The translations under genes were made by a program, and so were the position numbers. Below are positions 1 through 7,761 of a stretch of DNA of 64,000 bases, one piece after another (within the stretch, counting starts at the first letter, position 1; every line of letters begins with the position of its first letter). Source of the stretch: an uncultured Spirochaetota bacterium (GTDB lineage: Bacteria > Spirochaetota > Spirochaetia > SZUA-6 > Fen-1364); the NCBI GenBank assembly GCA_963845535.1, contig CAWJSK010000013.1, positions 160,001 through 224,000 on the forward strand. Direction: 5' to 3'. Below the pieces are notes generated by a model. It ran no database searches. It had not been told where the DNA came from and was given only the letters and a program-made list of their open reading frames with translations.

Positions 1-290
1 TTGCGCTCCATGAGGTCCACGCGCGTCTCTCCCGGTTTCTGCCGCGCCCCCGCGGTGATGATTGCAAGGCCGCTGTCCCGGCAGGACTGGTAGTCCGCGG
101 CTTCCATGTTGATGGACCGGCCCAGCGGCGCCCCTTGCTTGATGTCAAGGATTTCCGCCTCCGCTTTTTCCCTGTTCATGTCGATGAGGGCGATCTCGGT
201 GACGGCCCCCTTGAGGCACAGGTCAAAGGCGAGCGTTGATCCCACTGCGCCCGCCCCGATGATCGCGACCTTGCTGGTGTTGACCTCCAT
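1..290 (-). CDS. ldh: L-lactate dehydrogenase (5' part; runs off window start)
   Basis: Manual translation from ATG at 290: MEVNTSKVAIIGAGAVGSTLAFDL...IITAGARQKPGETRVDLMER. Rossmann GxGxxG motif; Gln in the ARQKPGETR loop indicates LDH rather than MDH. SD GGGGAGG upstream. Confidence 0.88.
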   Translation of the reverse strand, partial: MEVNTSKVAIIGAGAVGSTLAFDLCLKGAVTEIALIDMNREKAEAEILDIKQGAPLGRSINMEAADYQSCRDSGLAIITAGARQKPGETRVDLMER

Positions 291-321
291 CTGTCTGCGC
301 CTCCCCTGCGCCAGCTAAAGA

Positions 322-339
322 TACTGAAAAGTGTAACAA
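322..339 (-). promoter_or_regulatory. Putative ldh extended -10 promoter (TGtTACACT) overlapped by a degenerate Rex-like operator
   Basis: Minus strand reads TTGTTACACTTTTCAGTA, matching 10 of 14 informative positions of TTGTGAA-N4-TTCACAA. Confidence 0.3.
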
Positions 340-367
340 AATCCGCCTGCTGGTGTTCTTATCTATA

Positions 368-470
368 GAGACAGGACGGAATCTATATTCGCATGGGGTA
401 AGTTTCACCTCCTTTCCTTGCCCCTTTGTCTCACAATGGGGATAGGTGTTACCTATCCCCACATTTTTTC
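368..470 (+). ncRNA. Candidate structured leader or small RNA with an anti-SD loop and intrinsic terminator
   Basis: Stem 395-402/417-424 with loop TTTCACCTCCTTTC; 11-bp perfect hairpin 437-447/451-461 followed by a T-run; alternative stem 421-429/433-441. Confidence 0.45.
437..470 (+). terminator. Intrinsic terminator-like hairpin upstream of the nucleosidase gene
   Basis: TGGGGATAGGT-GTT-ACCTATCCCCA followed by CATTTTTTC. Confidence 0.6.
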
Positions 471-504
471 TTTCATTCAATGTTTTCCGCCGCCCGGAGC
501 AGTC

Positions 505-1284
505 ATGCGAATCCTCGTGATGTGCCCCATCCCCATCGAATACGCAAGCTGTCGGACGGCGATGTCCCTGCGTGACAGCCAGCAGATCCTGGGTTGCCGG
601 GTAAGCCGCACCACCATTGCAAATACCGAGATCATCGCGCTGCAGTCCGGTCCCGCAAAAGCGCGGGCGGCATCCGCCACCGTGGCCGGCATCGACGCGC
701 TGCAGCCTGATATCGTCATCGACACCGGCACCTGCGCGGCGCTTGACGGAGACCTGATCGTCAACAGCATCGTGATCGGGCTGACGTGCCTGGAGTACGA
801 CATTTCCGGAAGCGGGCTTCCTGCCCGGATCATACCGGAGATGCGTCTGCCCTCCGCGCTGCACCTCGTGGGGCGCCGGGAGGCGCAAAGGCTCGTGCGG
901 GCGGCCGTTGAGCTCGGAAATGGGCTGGGTCTCCAGGTAAGGTCCGGCGTGCAGGCCTGCGGCGAGTTCTTCATCCAATCGGCGCAGACCCGCGAGTCCC
1001 TGCGCGCCGTGAGCGGCGCGGTGGCCTGCAATTGGGAAACCGCGGGCGTCTTCATAGGCGCGCTTCGGGCGCGCGTGCCTCCTCTCAGCCTGAGGGTGGT
1101 CAGCGACCTTGGGGATGAGGACTCTTTGCGGGACTTCCGCAGGAATGCCCGGCGAAGCGCGCAGGAGCTGTATCGGTTCCTGCGGTCCGGAGTCGAGTCG
1201 GGGTGGCTCCTTGATTTCCACGCACTGTGGAAGACGATTGGGCGGACCCAGGTGGAGAAGATGACCCAGCTGGTTTTGCCTTAG
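505..1284 (+). CDS. MTA/SAH nucleosidase-like protein (PNP/UDP phosphorylase superfamily)
   Basis: MRILVMCPIPIE start, SGPAKARA, IDTGTC, WETAG and RVVSD motifs. Start moved from 418 to ATG 505, which has GGAG upstream. Confidence 0.75.
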   Translation: MRILVMCPIPIEYASCRTAMSLRDSQQILGCRVSRTTIANTEIIALQSGPAKARAASATVAGIDALQPDIVIDTGTCAALDGDLIVNSIVIGLTCLEYDISGSGLPARIIPEMRLPSALHLVGRREAQRLVRAAVELGNGLGLQVRSGVQACGEFFIQSAQTRESLRAVSGAVACNWETAGVFIGALRARVPPLSLRVVSDLGDEDSLRDFRRNARRSAQELYRFLRSGVESGWLLDFHALWKTIGRTQVEKMTQLVLP

Positions 1285-1312
1285 CGCGGCGTCCGCGCCG
1301 AACAGATTCTCC

Positions 1313-1341
1313 TTGCGCTCCCGACCCGGGCGCGGTAGTAT
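1313..1341 (+). promoter_or_regulatory. sigma70-type promoter of the RHH-USP-pcm operon
   Basis: TTGCGC-17 bp-TAGTAT. Confidence 0.5.
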
Positions 1342-1430
1342 GGCTGCCGGGAGATGCGCCGGCCCACGGGGCGCACAACGGCTGACTCTCGGAGGGGCCG
1401 CAGGCAAAGCCGCGGCCGCAGGAGGCTGCA

Positions 1431-1640
1431 GTGTCGAAGACTTTCGTTGAGACCTCGACTGAGCTTCTGGAAGGGCTCGATGAGATGATTAAGGAAGGCT
1501 ATTACGCGAACAGGACGGAGGGCATCAATGACGCCATCCGAATGCTGCTCAAGCAGTACAAGCTTTCCAAGCTCCATGACAAGGATTCCCAGGCGCAAAA
1601 GACCGAAAACAGCCCGGTGGCGGGCGGAGGGGCGCACTAG
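1431..1640 (+). CDS. Ribbon-helix-helix (CopG/Arc/MetJ-like) transcriptional regulator
   Basis: Pattern TFVET..ELLEGLDEMIKEGYYANRTEGINDAIR; AGGAGG SD before GTG. Confidence 0.75.
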   Translation: MSKTFVETSTELLEGLDEMIKEGYYANRTEGINDAIRMLLKQYKLSKLHDKDSQAQKTENSPVAGGGAH

Positions 1641-1642
1641 GA

Positions 1643-2503
1643 GTGATCGGGCAGATCGTCACGGGGATAGACGGATCGCCCAATTCCCTGGCGGCGTTCG
1701 AGTACGCCGTCGACCTTGCCGGCCGCGTGAAGGCATCCGTCAAGATTGTCTTTGTGATCGACTCCCGAAAGACCGACCTCCCCATCATCTACACGGCAAG
1801 CCACTTCGACTACGGGTTCGAGCGCGTTTATATCCCGCCGGACCCCGGCTTGAAGGGTTTGTACGAGCAGGTGCGCAAGGACATCAGGTCCTTTGCGGAG
1901 AATTGCCTGGACCAGTGCCGGACCGACGCGGAGACGGTGGGGATCAAGACTTCGACGGTGCTCCGGGAAGGCCTTCCCTCCGGAGTGCTTGCGGAGGAAG
2001 CCCGTTCGGGAGATTTCCTCGTCATCGGACAGAAGGGTGAGCATGCCCATATCCAGCGAGCCATCGTTGGGTCAACCACGGAGGACGTGGTGCGCTCCTC
2101 ACCCCGGCCCGTGCTGGTGTGTCCCATGCCATTCCGAAGCCCCAAGCGGATGCTCTTCCCGTATGACGGAAGCCCCGGCGCGGAAAAAGCGCTGCAGTTC
2201 TGCGTCAATGCGCTGGGCGCCATCTGGGATGAGATGGTGGTGCTGACCGTTACGGAAGAGATGGAGGAGAGCTTCCCCTTCGATTCCGAGCTGGGGTACC
2301 TGAACACACACGGCATCACGTATCGGCTCATTACGGAGAAGGGCAAGCCGGTGGACATGATTCCCCGGATCGCAAAACGGGAAACCGCAGACATCATCCT
2401 GATCGGCGCGCACGGCCGGCACAAGATGCGGGACTACCTGCTCGGACCCACCGCCTCGCACCTCATCCGTAAAAGCGAGCTTCCCGTGCTCGTGACAGTG
2501 TGA
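1643..2503 (+). CDS. Universal stress protein, tandem USP domains
   Basis: IVTGIDGS...GQKG...IVGSTTEDVVRSSPRPVLV and PYDGS...GAHG...LLGPTASHLIRKSELPVLV. Confidence 0.9.
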   Translation: MIGQIVTGIDGSPNSLAAFEYAVDLAGRVKASVKIVFVIDSRKTDLPIIYTASHFDYGFERVYIPPDPGLKGLYEQVRKDIRSFAENCLDQCRTDAETVGIKTSTVLREGLPSGVLAEEARSGDFLVIGQKGEHAHIQRAIVGSTTEDVVRSSPRPVLVCPMPFRSPKRMLFPYDGSPGAEKALQFCVNALGAIWDEMVVLTVTEEMEESFPFDSELGYLNTHGITYRLITEKGKPVDMIPRIAKRETADIILIGAHGRHKMRDYLLGPTASHLIRKSELPVLVTV

Positions 2504-3144
2504 CACCGAACCGCGACGCTGAGCGGATGGTGAAGCTCCAGATCGAGAACCGCGACATCACCGACGCCCGGCTGCTCGAGGTCATGCGCAGCGTCCCTCG
2601 ACATGCATTTGTTCCCCCGGGAAGCCGCGCCGGCGCATACGGGGATTTTCCCGTGCCGATTGGGCACGGGCAGACCATTTCCCAACCCTACATGGTGGCC
2701 TTCATGACACAGTCTCTCTGCCTCAGGGGCCCGGAGAAGGTGCTGGAGATCGGCACCGGCAGCGGCTATCAGACCGTCATCCTGGCCGCGCTCGCCGTCA
2801 GCGTCTTCACCGTGGAGCGCATACCGGAGCTCGCGGCCATGGCGCAGAAGGCGCTCGGCTCCCTGGGGGTCGCCAACGTCAGCTTCCGCGTGGGGGATGG
2901 CGGTCCCGGCTGGCCCGAGGAGGCGCCGTTCGACCGCATCCTCATAACGGCGGCCGCTCCGACCGTCCCGTTGATCCTGCGGGCGCAGCTCGCCGACAAC
3001 GGGATCATGGTGCTTCCCGTGGGGGACTGGAGGAGGTCCCAGACGATCGTGACAGTCAGAAGAGCCGGCGAATCGTTCACCTCCCAGGAGAGCATTGGGT
3101 GCCGGTTCGTTCCGCTGATCGGCGAGGGGGGCTTCGCGAGCTGA
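2500..3144 (+). CDS. pcm: Protein-L-isoaspartate O-methyltransferase
   Basis: VPRHAF, GQTISQPYMVA, LEIGTGSGYQT, APFDRI, RFVPLI motifs. Confidence 0.95.
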   Translation: MTPNRDAERMVKLQIENRDITDARLLEVMRSVPRHAFVPPGSRAGAYGDFPVPIGHGQTISQPYMVAFMTQSLCLRGPEKVLEIGTGSGYQTVILAALAVSVFTVERIPELAAMAQKALGSLGVANVSFRVGDGGPGWPEEAPFDRILITAAAPTVPLILRAQLADNGIMVLPVGDWRRSQTIVTVRRAGESFTSQESIGCRFVPLIGEGGFAS

Positions 3145-3150
3145 AGAGAG

Positions 3151-3202
3151 CTGACGCTCCGCGTTGACGCCGCACGCTGACGCTTCGCGTTGACGCTCCG
3201 CG
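3151..3202 (+). repeat. Four tandem 13-bp repeats (YTGACGC-N6) ending next to a TTGACA box
   Basis: CTGACGCTCCGCG / TTGACGCCGCACG / CTGACGCTTCGCG / TTGACGCTCCGCG, then C and TTGACA at 3204-3209. Confidence 0.8.
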
Positions 3203-3241
3203 CTTGACAAAGCCGCGCCCGAGACGGCTCATTGAGCAAAC

Positions 3242-4267
3242 ATGGCATTACCAGTGTTTCGTCCCACCGTCAAAAGAAAAGACATGGGGAGCGTCTTGTC
3301 CTGCATTGTTTCCGACAAGCTCGGGCCCGGAGAAATCTCGCGGGAGCTCATCTCCCGCGCGTGCCAGCTCCTGGGGCACGCCGGCGGGGTTTCCCTGTGC
3401 AATTCCTACCTGGCGCTTTCCGTCGCGCTGGACGCGCTGGGCCTTGCGCCGCGGGACCCCGTGATCCTCCCGGCGCTTGCCCCCTCCCTGTGGCTGCGCG
3501 TCATCGTGGACAAGGGCCTTGTCCCGCTCGTTGCGGACGTGGAGCCGGAGTCCGGTTCCATCAATCCCCAGGAGGTGTCCCGCCTGGCGCAGCAAGGCGC
3601 CAAGGCCGTCCTCGTTCACCACACCCTGGGAGTGATTGCGGACACGGAAGCGCTCAGGGCCCATGGCCTTCCCATCCTTGAGGACGCGTCGCAGGGCCTT
3701 GGCGGGACATTTGCTGAGAAGCCCTGCGGCTCCGGTGCGGATGTCTGCCTCATCTCGCTGGCGCCGGAAGACATCATCACCTGCGGCGGCGGCGCGCTTG
3801 TCCTTGCAAAGGGCAAGCCGCTGCTCGCGGCCCTGCGGCGGGTGGTGGAAAGCTCTCCGCTGTACTCGCCGATTGCCGACATGAACGCGGCGCTCGGCAT
3901 CTCCCAGATAGCGGCCCTGGAGAGCTTTGCCCGCGTGCGCCGCGAGGTGGCTGCTCTGTTCTCGCAGTCCCTCCTGAAGTCCCGTCACAAGAGCCTCGTC
4001 TCGAGACTGGACTCGGACAACGTGCTTTCCTCGTTTCCCGTGAACCTGGCGGACGGGATGAAGGAAGCGCGCCAGTACGCCCTCAAGAAGAACGTGGACA
4101 CGGCTGCAGCGTTCGCCGACACTGTCGCCGCGCTGGATGACGGTCCGGCGGCCCAGAGCGCGAACGCGCGTTCGCTGGTGCTGCGTTGCGTGCTGTTCCC
4201 GCTGTACCCCACGCTGGGCAAGCGCGACGTGGAGACCATGGGGAAAGTGCTGGCCACGCTGCCCTAG
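3242..4267 (+). CDS. DegT/DnrJ/EryC1/StrS aminotransferase-family protein, probably inactive
   Basis: DPVILPA, LADVE, VHHTLG, ILEDASQGLG, IITCGGG, LFPLYPTL; the PLP-binding Lys position is Asp. Confidence 0.8.
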   Translation: MALPVFRPTVKRKDMGSVLSCIVSDKLGPGEISRELISRACQLLGHAGGVSLCNSYLALSVALDALGLAPRDPVILPALAPSLWLRVIVDKGLVPLVADVEPESGSINPQEVSRLAQQGAKAVLVHHTLGVIADTEALRAHGLPILEDASQGLGGTFAEKPCGSGADVCLISLAPEDIITCGGGALVLAKGKPLLAALRRVVESSPLYSPIADMNAALGISQIAALESFARVRREVAALFSQSLLKSRHKSLVSRLDSDNVLSSFPVNLADGMKEARQYALKKNVDTAAAFADTVAALDDGPAAQSANARSLVLRCVLFPLYPTLGKRDVETMGKVLATLP

Positions 4268-4274
4268 CGCAGTA

Positions 4275-4318
4275 CTCTGCGCGGGGGCGGTAATCCGCGC
4301 GGAGACTTGCTTTCTCTT
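4275..4318 (+). terminator. GC-rich hairpin with pyrimidine tail after the DegT-like gene
   Basis: CTCTGCGCGG...CCGCGCGGAG followed by ACTTGCTTTCTCTT. Confidence 0.4.
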
Positions 4319-4342
4319 CCCTGCGCAACTATAGTTAGCGCA
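4307..4342 (+). promoter_or_regulatory. sigma70 promoter of nadK-recN with a palindrome over the -10
   Basis: TTGCTT-17 bp-TATAGT; palindrome TGCGC-AACTATAGTT-A-GCGCA at 4322-4342. Confidence 0.55.
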
Positions 4343-4343
4343 C

Positions 4344-5219
4344 ATGGCGTTCCAGCCTCGCGAGATGCGCAAGGTACTTGTCGTCATCAACTCCCAGAAG
4401 GACGACGTGAAGAGCGTCGTGCGCGCCATTGAGGATTTCGCGCACGCGCGCGGCGCGCAAGCCGTCTTCATCGACCATAAGAACCACACCCGAGAGACTG
4501 TCGCGGACGTGGACCTCGCCATCACCCTCGGCGGGGACGGGACGCTTCTGTCATGCGCGCGCATGCTGGCCCAGTCGCGCACCCGCGGGACAGAGATCCC
4601 CATTCTCGCCGTCAACATGGGTGATTTCGGATTCATCACGGAAGTCTCGCGCGGCGAGCTGATCGACACCTGGGAGAAGTACCTCGCCGGGCGCCTCGCC
4701 GTCGGAGAACGGGTCATGCTTTCGGTCACCGTTGTGCGGGATGGGAAGGAGATAGGCGCATTCCTCGGGCTCAATGAGGCCGTCATTGGGATCGGAGGGA
4801 TTTCGCGCATGATCAGGCTGAAGATCTTCTTCTCGGACCAGTACCTTGGCAGATACCGCGCGGACGGCGTCATCGTCGCCACCCCCACGGGCTCCACGGC
4901 GTACTCCATGGCCGCCGGCGGCCCCATCCTTCACCCTGAGATGGAAGCGTTCATCCTGACCCCCATCTGCCCCTTCACGCTGTCAAACCGCCCCACCGTG
5001 GTGCCGGCCTCCGTGGTCCTGCGCATCGAGGTGGAGGAGCCGCAAAAGGCGGAAACGGTGCTGACCATCGACGGGCAGGAGACGTTCTTCCTCCATCCCC
5101 GGGACAGCGTCATCATGCGGCGGGCGGAGCAGAAGACGCTCATCGTCCGCACGGACCGTCGCGGCTTCTATGAGGTGCTCAGGACCAAGCTGAACTGGGC
5201 GGGGGAGCCGAATGCTTGA
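4344..5219 (+). CDS. nadK: NAD kinase
   Basis: GGDGT, GF, NE, ADGVIVATPTGSTAYSMAAGGP motifs. Alternative start 4365. Confidence 0.95.
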   Translation: MAFQPREMRKVLVVINSQKDDVKSVVRAIEDFAHARGAQAVFIDHKNHTRETVADVDLAITLGGDGTLLSCARMLAQSRTRGTEIPILAVNMGDFGFITEVSRGELIDTWEKYLAGRLAVGERVMLSVTVVRDGKEIGAFLGLNEAVIGIGGISRMIRLKIFFSDQYLGRYRADGVIVATPTGSTAYSMAAGGPILHPEMEAFILTPICPFTLSNRPTVVPASVVLRIEVEEPQKAETVLTIDGQETFFLHPRDSVIMRRAEQKTLIVRTDRRGFYEVLRTKLNWAGEPNA

Positions 5220-6909
5220 AGAGCTTCACGTCCACAACTTTGCCATCATCGACAAGCTGCAGGTGCGCTTTACCGAGGGCCTGAACGTCCTGAGCGGGGA
5301 GACCGGCGCCGGCAAATCCATTCTCGTCGGGGCCCTGGGTCTCCTCCTGGGGGACAAGACCGACACCTCCATCATCAGGTCAGGCGCGGAGGAGACGAGC
5401 GTCTCGGGGATCATCTCCCTGGGCGGCAACTCGGAGGCCGCCGTCTGGCTTCAGGCGCACGGCATCGAACCGGAGGACGGGGAGGTCATCCTCCGGCGCA
5501 TGCTGAAGTCCAACGGCCGCGGGTCGCTTTTCATCCAGTCCACGCCGGTCACCCGGGCGGACCTCCATGATTTCTCCTCGCTGCTCTTCGACCTGCACGG
5601 CCAGCACGAGCACCAGTCTCTCCTGGACCTGGAGAACCATCGAAGGCTCGTGGACAGGTGGGCCGGCACGGAGGAGCTGGCGCAAAAGTTCCATTCCCTG
5701 TACGCCTCTCTTGCTTCGCTGCGGGAGCGGTTGTCCTCTCTCGTGAGCGACGAACGGGAACGCCTGCGCCGCGCGGACTTGCTCACCTACGCCGTGAATG
5801 AGATCAAGGGTTTGGCCCCCAAGCCCGGTGAGGAAGAGGAGCTTGAGAAAGAGCTGGCCATCCTCGTCCATCACGAAAAGCTCTTCACGCTCCTGGAAGA
5901 CGTACACGGGGCCGTTGCGGAAGGCGCCGGCGGAGTGCTCGCCGCGCTCAGAAAGGCGCGCCAGTCCATGGAGGAGATCCTTGCCATCGACTCCTCTCTC
6001 TCCCGCCAGTCCCACCAGCTCGAGGACGCCTTCTACGAGATCGAGGATTTTGCGGAGAGCGTGCGCCAGTACAAGTCCCGCACGGATTTCAGCCCCAGCA
6101 GGCTGGACGAGGTGCAGTCCCGGGTGTCCGCCATCCGCTCCCTGGAAAAGAAGTACGGGGACACCGTGGAGAAGGTCCTGGAGTACTGCCGCGCCGGTGA
6201 GCAGGAGCTTGCCGGCATGGAGAACTGGGAAGAGGAGAAGAAGAGCCTGGAGGAGGAGATCGGCCGCACGGAAAAGGAGATCGCCGGCGCTGCCCGCGAG
6301 CTGTCGGAGAAGAGAAAGGCGGCAAGTCAGGATCTTCAGAAGAAGATCGAATCCGAGCTGCGCCAGCTTGGGATGCCCAAGGTCAGCTTCCGCGTCCTGA
6401 TCCAGGATGCGGCGCGGGAGGGGACCCCGGTCCTTACGCCGTGGGGGAAGGACGCAATCGAGTTCGTGATCTCCCCGAACCTGGGGGAGCCGTTCAAGAA
6501 GCTGCGGGCCATCGCCTCCGGCGGGGAGCTGTCTCGCGTCATGCTCGCCATCAAGGGAGTGCTGGCTGAATCTGACCACGTGAGCTCTCTCATCTTCGAC
6601 GAGGTTGACGCCGGCATTGGAGGGGAGATCGCTTTGGCCGTCGGGGAGAGGCTCGGAGCCCTGTCGCGGCACAAACAGGTGCTGTGCATCACGCACCTTG
6701 CCACCATCGCCGTGCGGGCCGATAATCATCTCAGGATCGAGAAGATTGCGCAGGCCGGCCGCACCGTCACGCGGGTGGAGAAGGTGACGGGGGCCGCCCG
6801 TCAGGAGGAGATCGCTCGGATGCTGGCGGGGGACCGCACAGGGGAGCTTTCCCTGCAGCACGCCGGTGAGTTGCTCGCGAAGTACGGGCCGCAGAAGGAT
6901 GAAGCGTGA
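5212..6909 (+). CDS. recN: DNA repair protein RecN
   Basis: GETGAGKS, HGQHEHQ, ASGGELSR, IFDEVDAG, ITHL. Confidence 0.97.
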   Translation: MLEELHVHNFAIIDKLQVRFTEGLNVLSGETGAGKSILVGALGLLLGDKTDTSIIRSGAEETSVSGIISLGGNSEAAVWLQAHGIEPEDGEVILRRMLKSNGRGSLFIQSTPVTRADLHDFSSLLFDLHGQHEHQSLLDLENHRRLVDRWAGTEELAQKFHSLYASLASLRERLSSLVSDERERLRRADLLTYAVNEIKGLAPKPGEEEELEKELAILVHHEKLFTLLEDVHGAVAEGAGGVLAALRKARQSMEEILAIDSSLSRQSHQLEDAFYEIEDFAESVRQYKSRTDFSPSRLDEVQSRVSAIRSLEKKYGDTVEKVLEYCRAGEQELAGMENWEEEKKSLEEEIGRTEKEIAGAARELSEKRKAASQDLQKKIESELRQLGMPKVSFRVLIQDAAREGTPVLTPWGKDAIEFVISPNLGEPFKKLRAIASGGELSRVMLAIKGVLAESDHVSSLIFDEVDAGIGGEIALAVGERLGALSRHKQVLCITHLATIAVRADNHLRIEKIAQAGRTVTRVEKVTGAARQEEIARMLAGDRTGELSLQHAGELLAKYGPQKDEA

Positions 6910-7715
6910 TGAAGAAACCGAGTGACGAGGCCAGGCGACGTTACGTCGACTACATAAAAGACTACAAGACCGCGATTGACGCTTTTTTGTTGAAGGAAAA
7001 AAAGATCAAGGAAGAGGTTGCCGCCGGCGCCGAGGGGGCAAGCTTCAAGAGGCTGGCGCTCACGGATGACAACCTGAACCTCGTTGCCCAGTACCTCGTG
7101 ATGAACTCCCTTTCGCTCTCCTTTCTCGGAGTCAAGAATGAGGCATTCCTCAACGAGGGGCGCAAGTGCATCTACAAGGCGCTCATTTATCTCGAGGAGA
7201 TCGTCTCTCCCATGGTCGACGCGCCGTTTGGAGACTACGAGCAGGGCCTGGAGACAATTGCAACGTTTTCCGACCAGGACAGGTACAACCTCGTGCGCAA
7301 GCTGGGCTTCGCCATCGACTCCCTGGTGGAAGGCTACGGGGAGAACTCGAAGTGGAAGTGGTCGTTCGTCGAGCTGGAGGGCAGGTTTGCCGTGGTGACC
7401 AAGAACCTGCTCAACCTCAAGACGTTCGTGGCGGGGATGGACCCGCGGGTGGCGGGATTCTCCGCGCGCATGGCGCACCTCGGCCTGGCCCGGGAGTTGC
7501 TGCAACAGGCCGCGGACCGCTACCGGGAGAAGTACGAGCTTTCCACCATGCGTATTGACGACATCAAGGCGGGCATCAACTTCCTGGCCGCCGTGCGCAG
7601 GCTGCATGCCGTGCTGGGAGAGTCGGAGCAGGCGGACGTGGTGAAAAAGAAAGCGGAAATCTGGCGGACCAAGATGGAAAACGACCTGAAAAAAGCGGAA
7701 GCCACGAAGAGGTAG
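6906..7715 (+). CDS. Hypothetical alpha-helical protein downstream of recN
   Basis: Start overlaps the recN stop; 269 aa with host-like codon usage; no motif recognised. ATG at 6909 is an alternative start. Confidence 0.75.
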   Translation: MMKKPSDEARRRYVDYIKDYKTAIDAFLLKEKKIKEEVAAGAEGASFKRLALTDDNLNLVAQYLVMNSLSLSFLGVKNEAFLNEGRKCIYKALIYLEEIVSPMVDAPFGDYEQGLETIATFSDQDRYNLVRKLGFAIDSLVEGYGENSKWKWSFVELEGRFAVVTKNLLNLKTFVAGMDPRVAGFSARMAHLGLARELLQQAADRYREKYELSTMRIDDIKAGINFLAAVRRLHAVLGESEQADVVKKKAEIWRTKMENDLKKAEATKR

Positions 7716-7761
7716 CAGGACTCCCGTCTTCCGGAGATCGCGCTTGCGCGCGCCGTTTTGG

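Noticed and set aside
384..414. Minus-strand AAGGAGGTG followed by ATG CGA ATA TAG (MRI*) as a leader peptide or type I toxin
   Set aside because: Only three codons, a 13-nt SD spacing, and it lies upstream of the likely ldh promoter. Better explained as the complement of the anti-SD loop.
223..1407. 394-aa minus-strand ORF
   Set aside because: Antisense shadow of the nucleosidase gene; Arg/Pro-rich with no motif.
1347..1430. Assignment to a known riboswitch (ZTP, SAH, c-di-GMP-I, guanidine-II)
   Set aside because: Only short fragments resemble these consensus sequences; the essential conserved segments are absent.
3151..3202. CRISPR array
   Set aside because: 13-bp contiguous units without spacers, and no cas genes.
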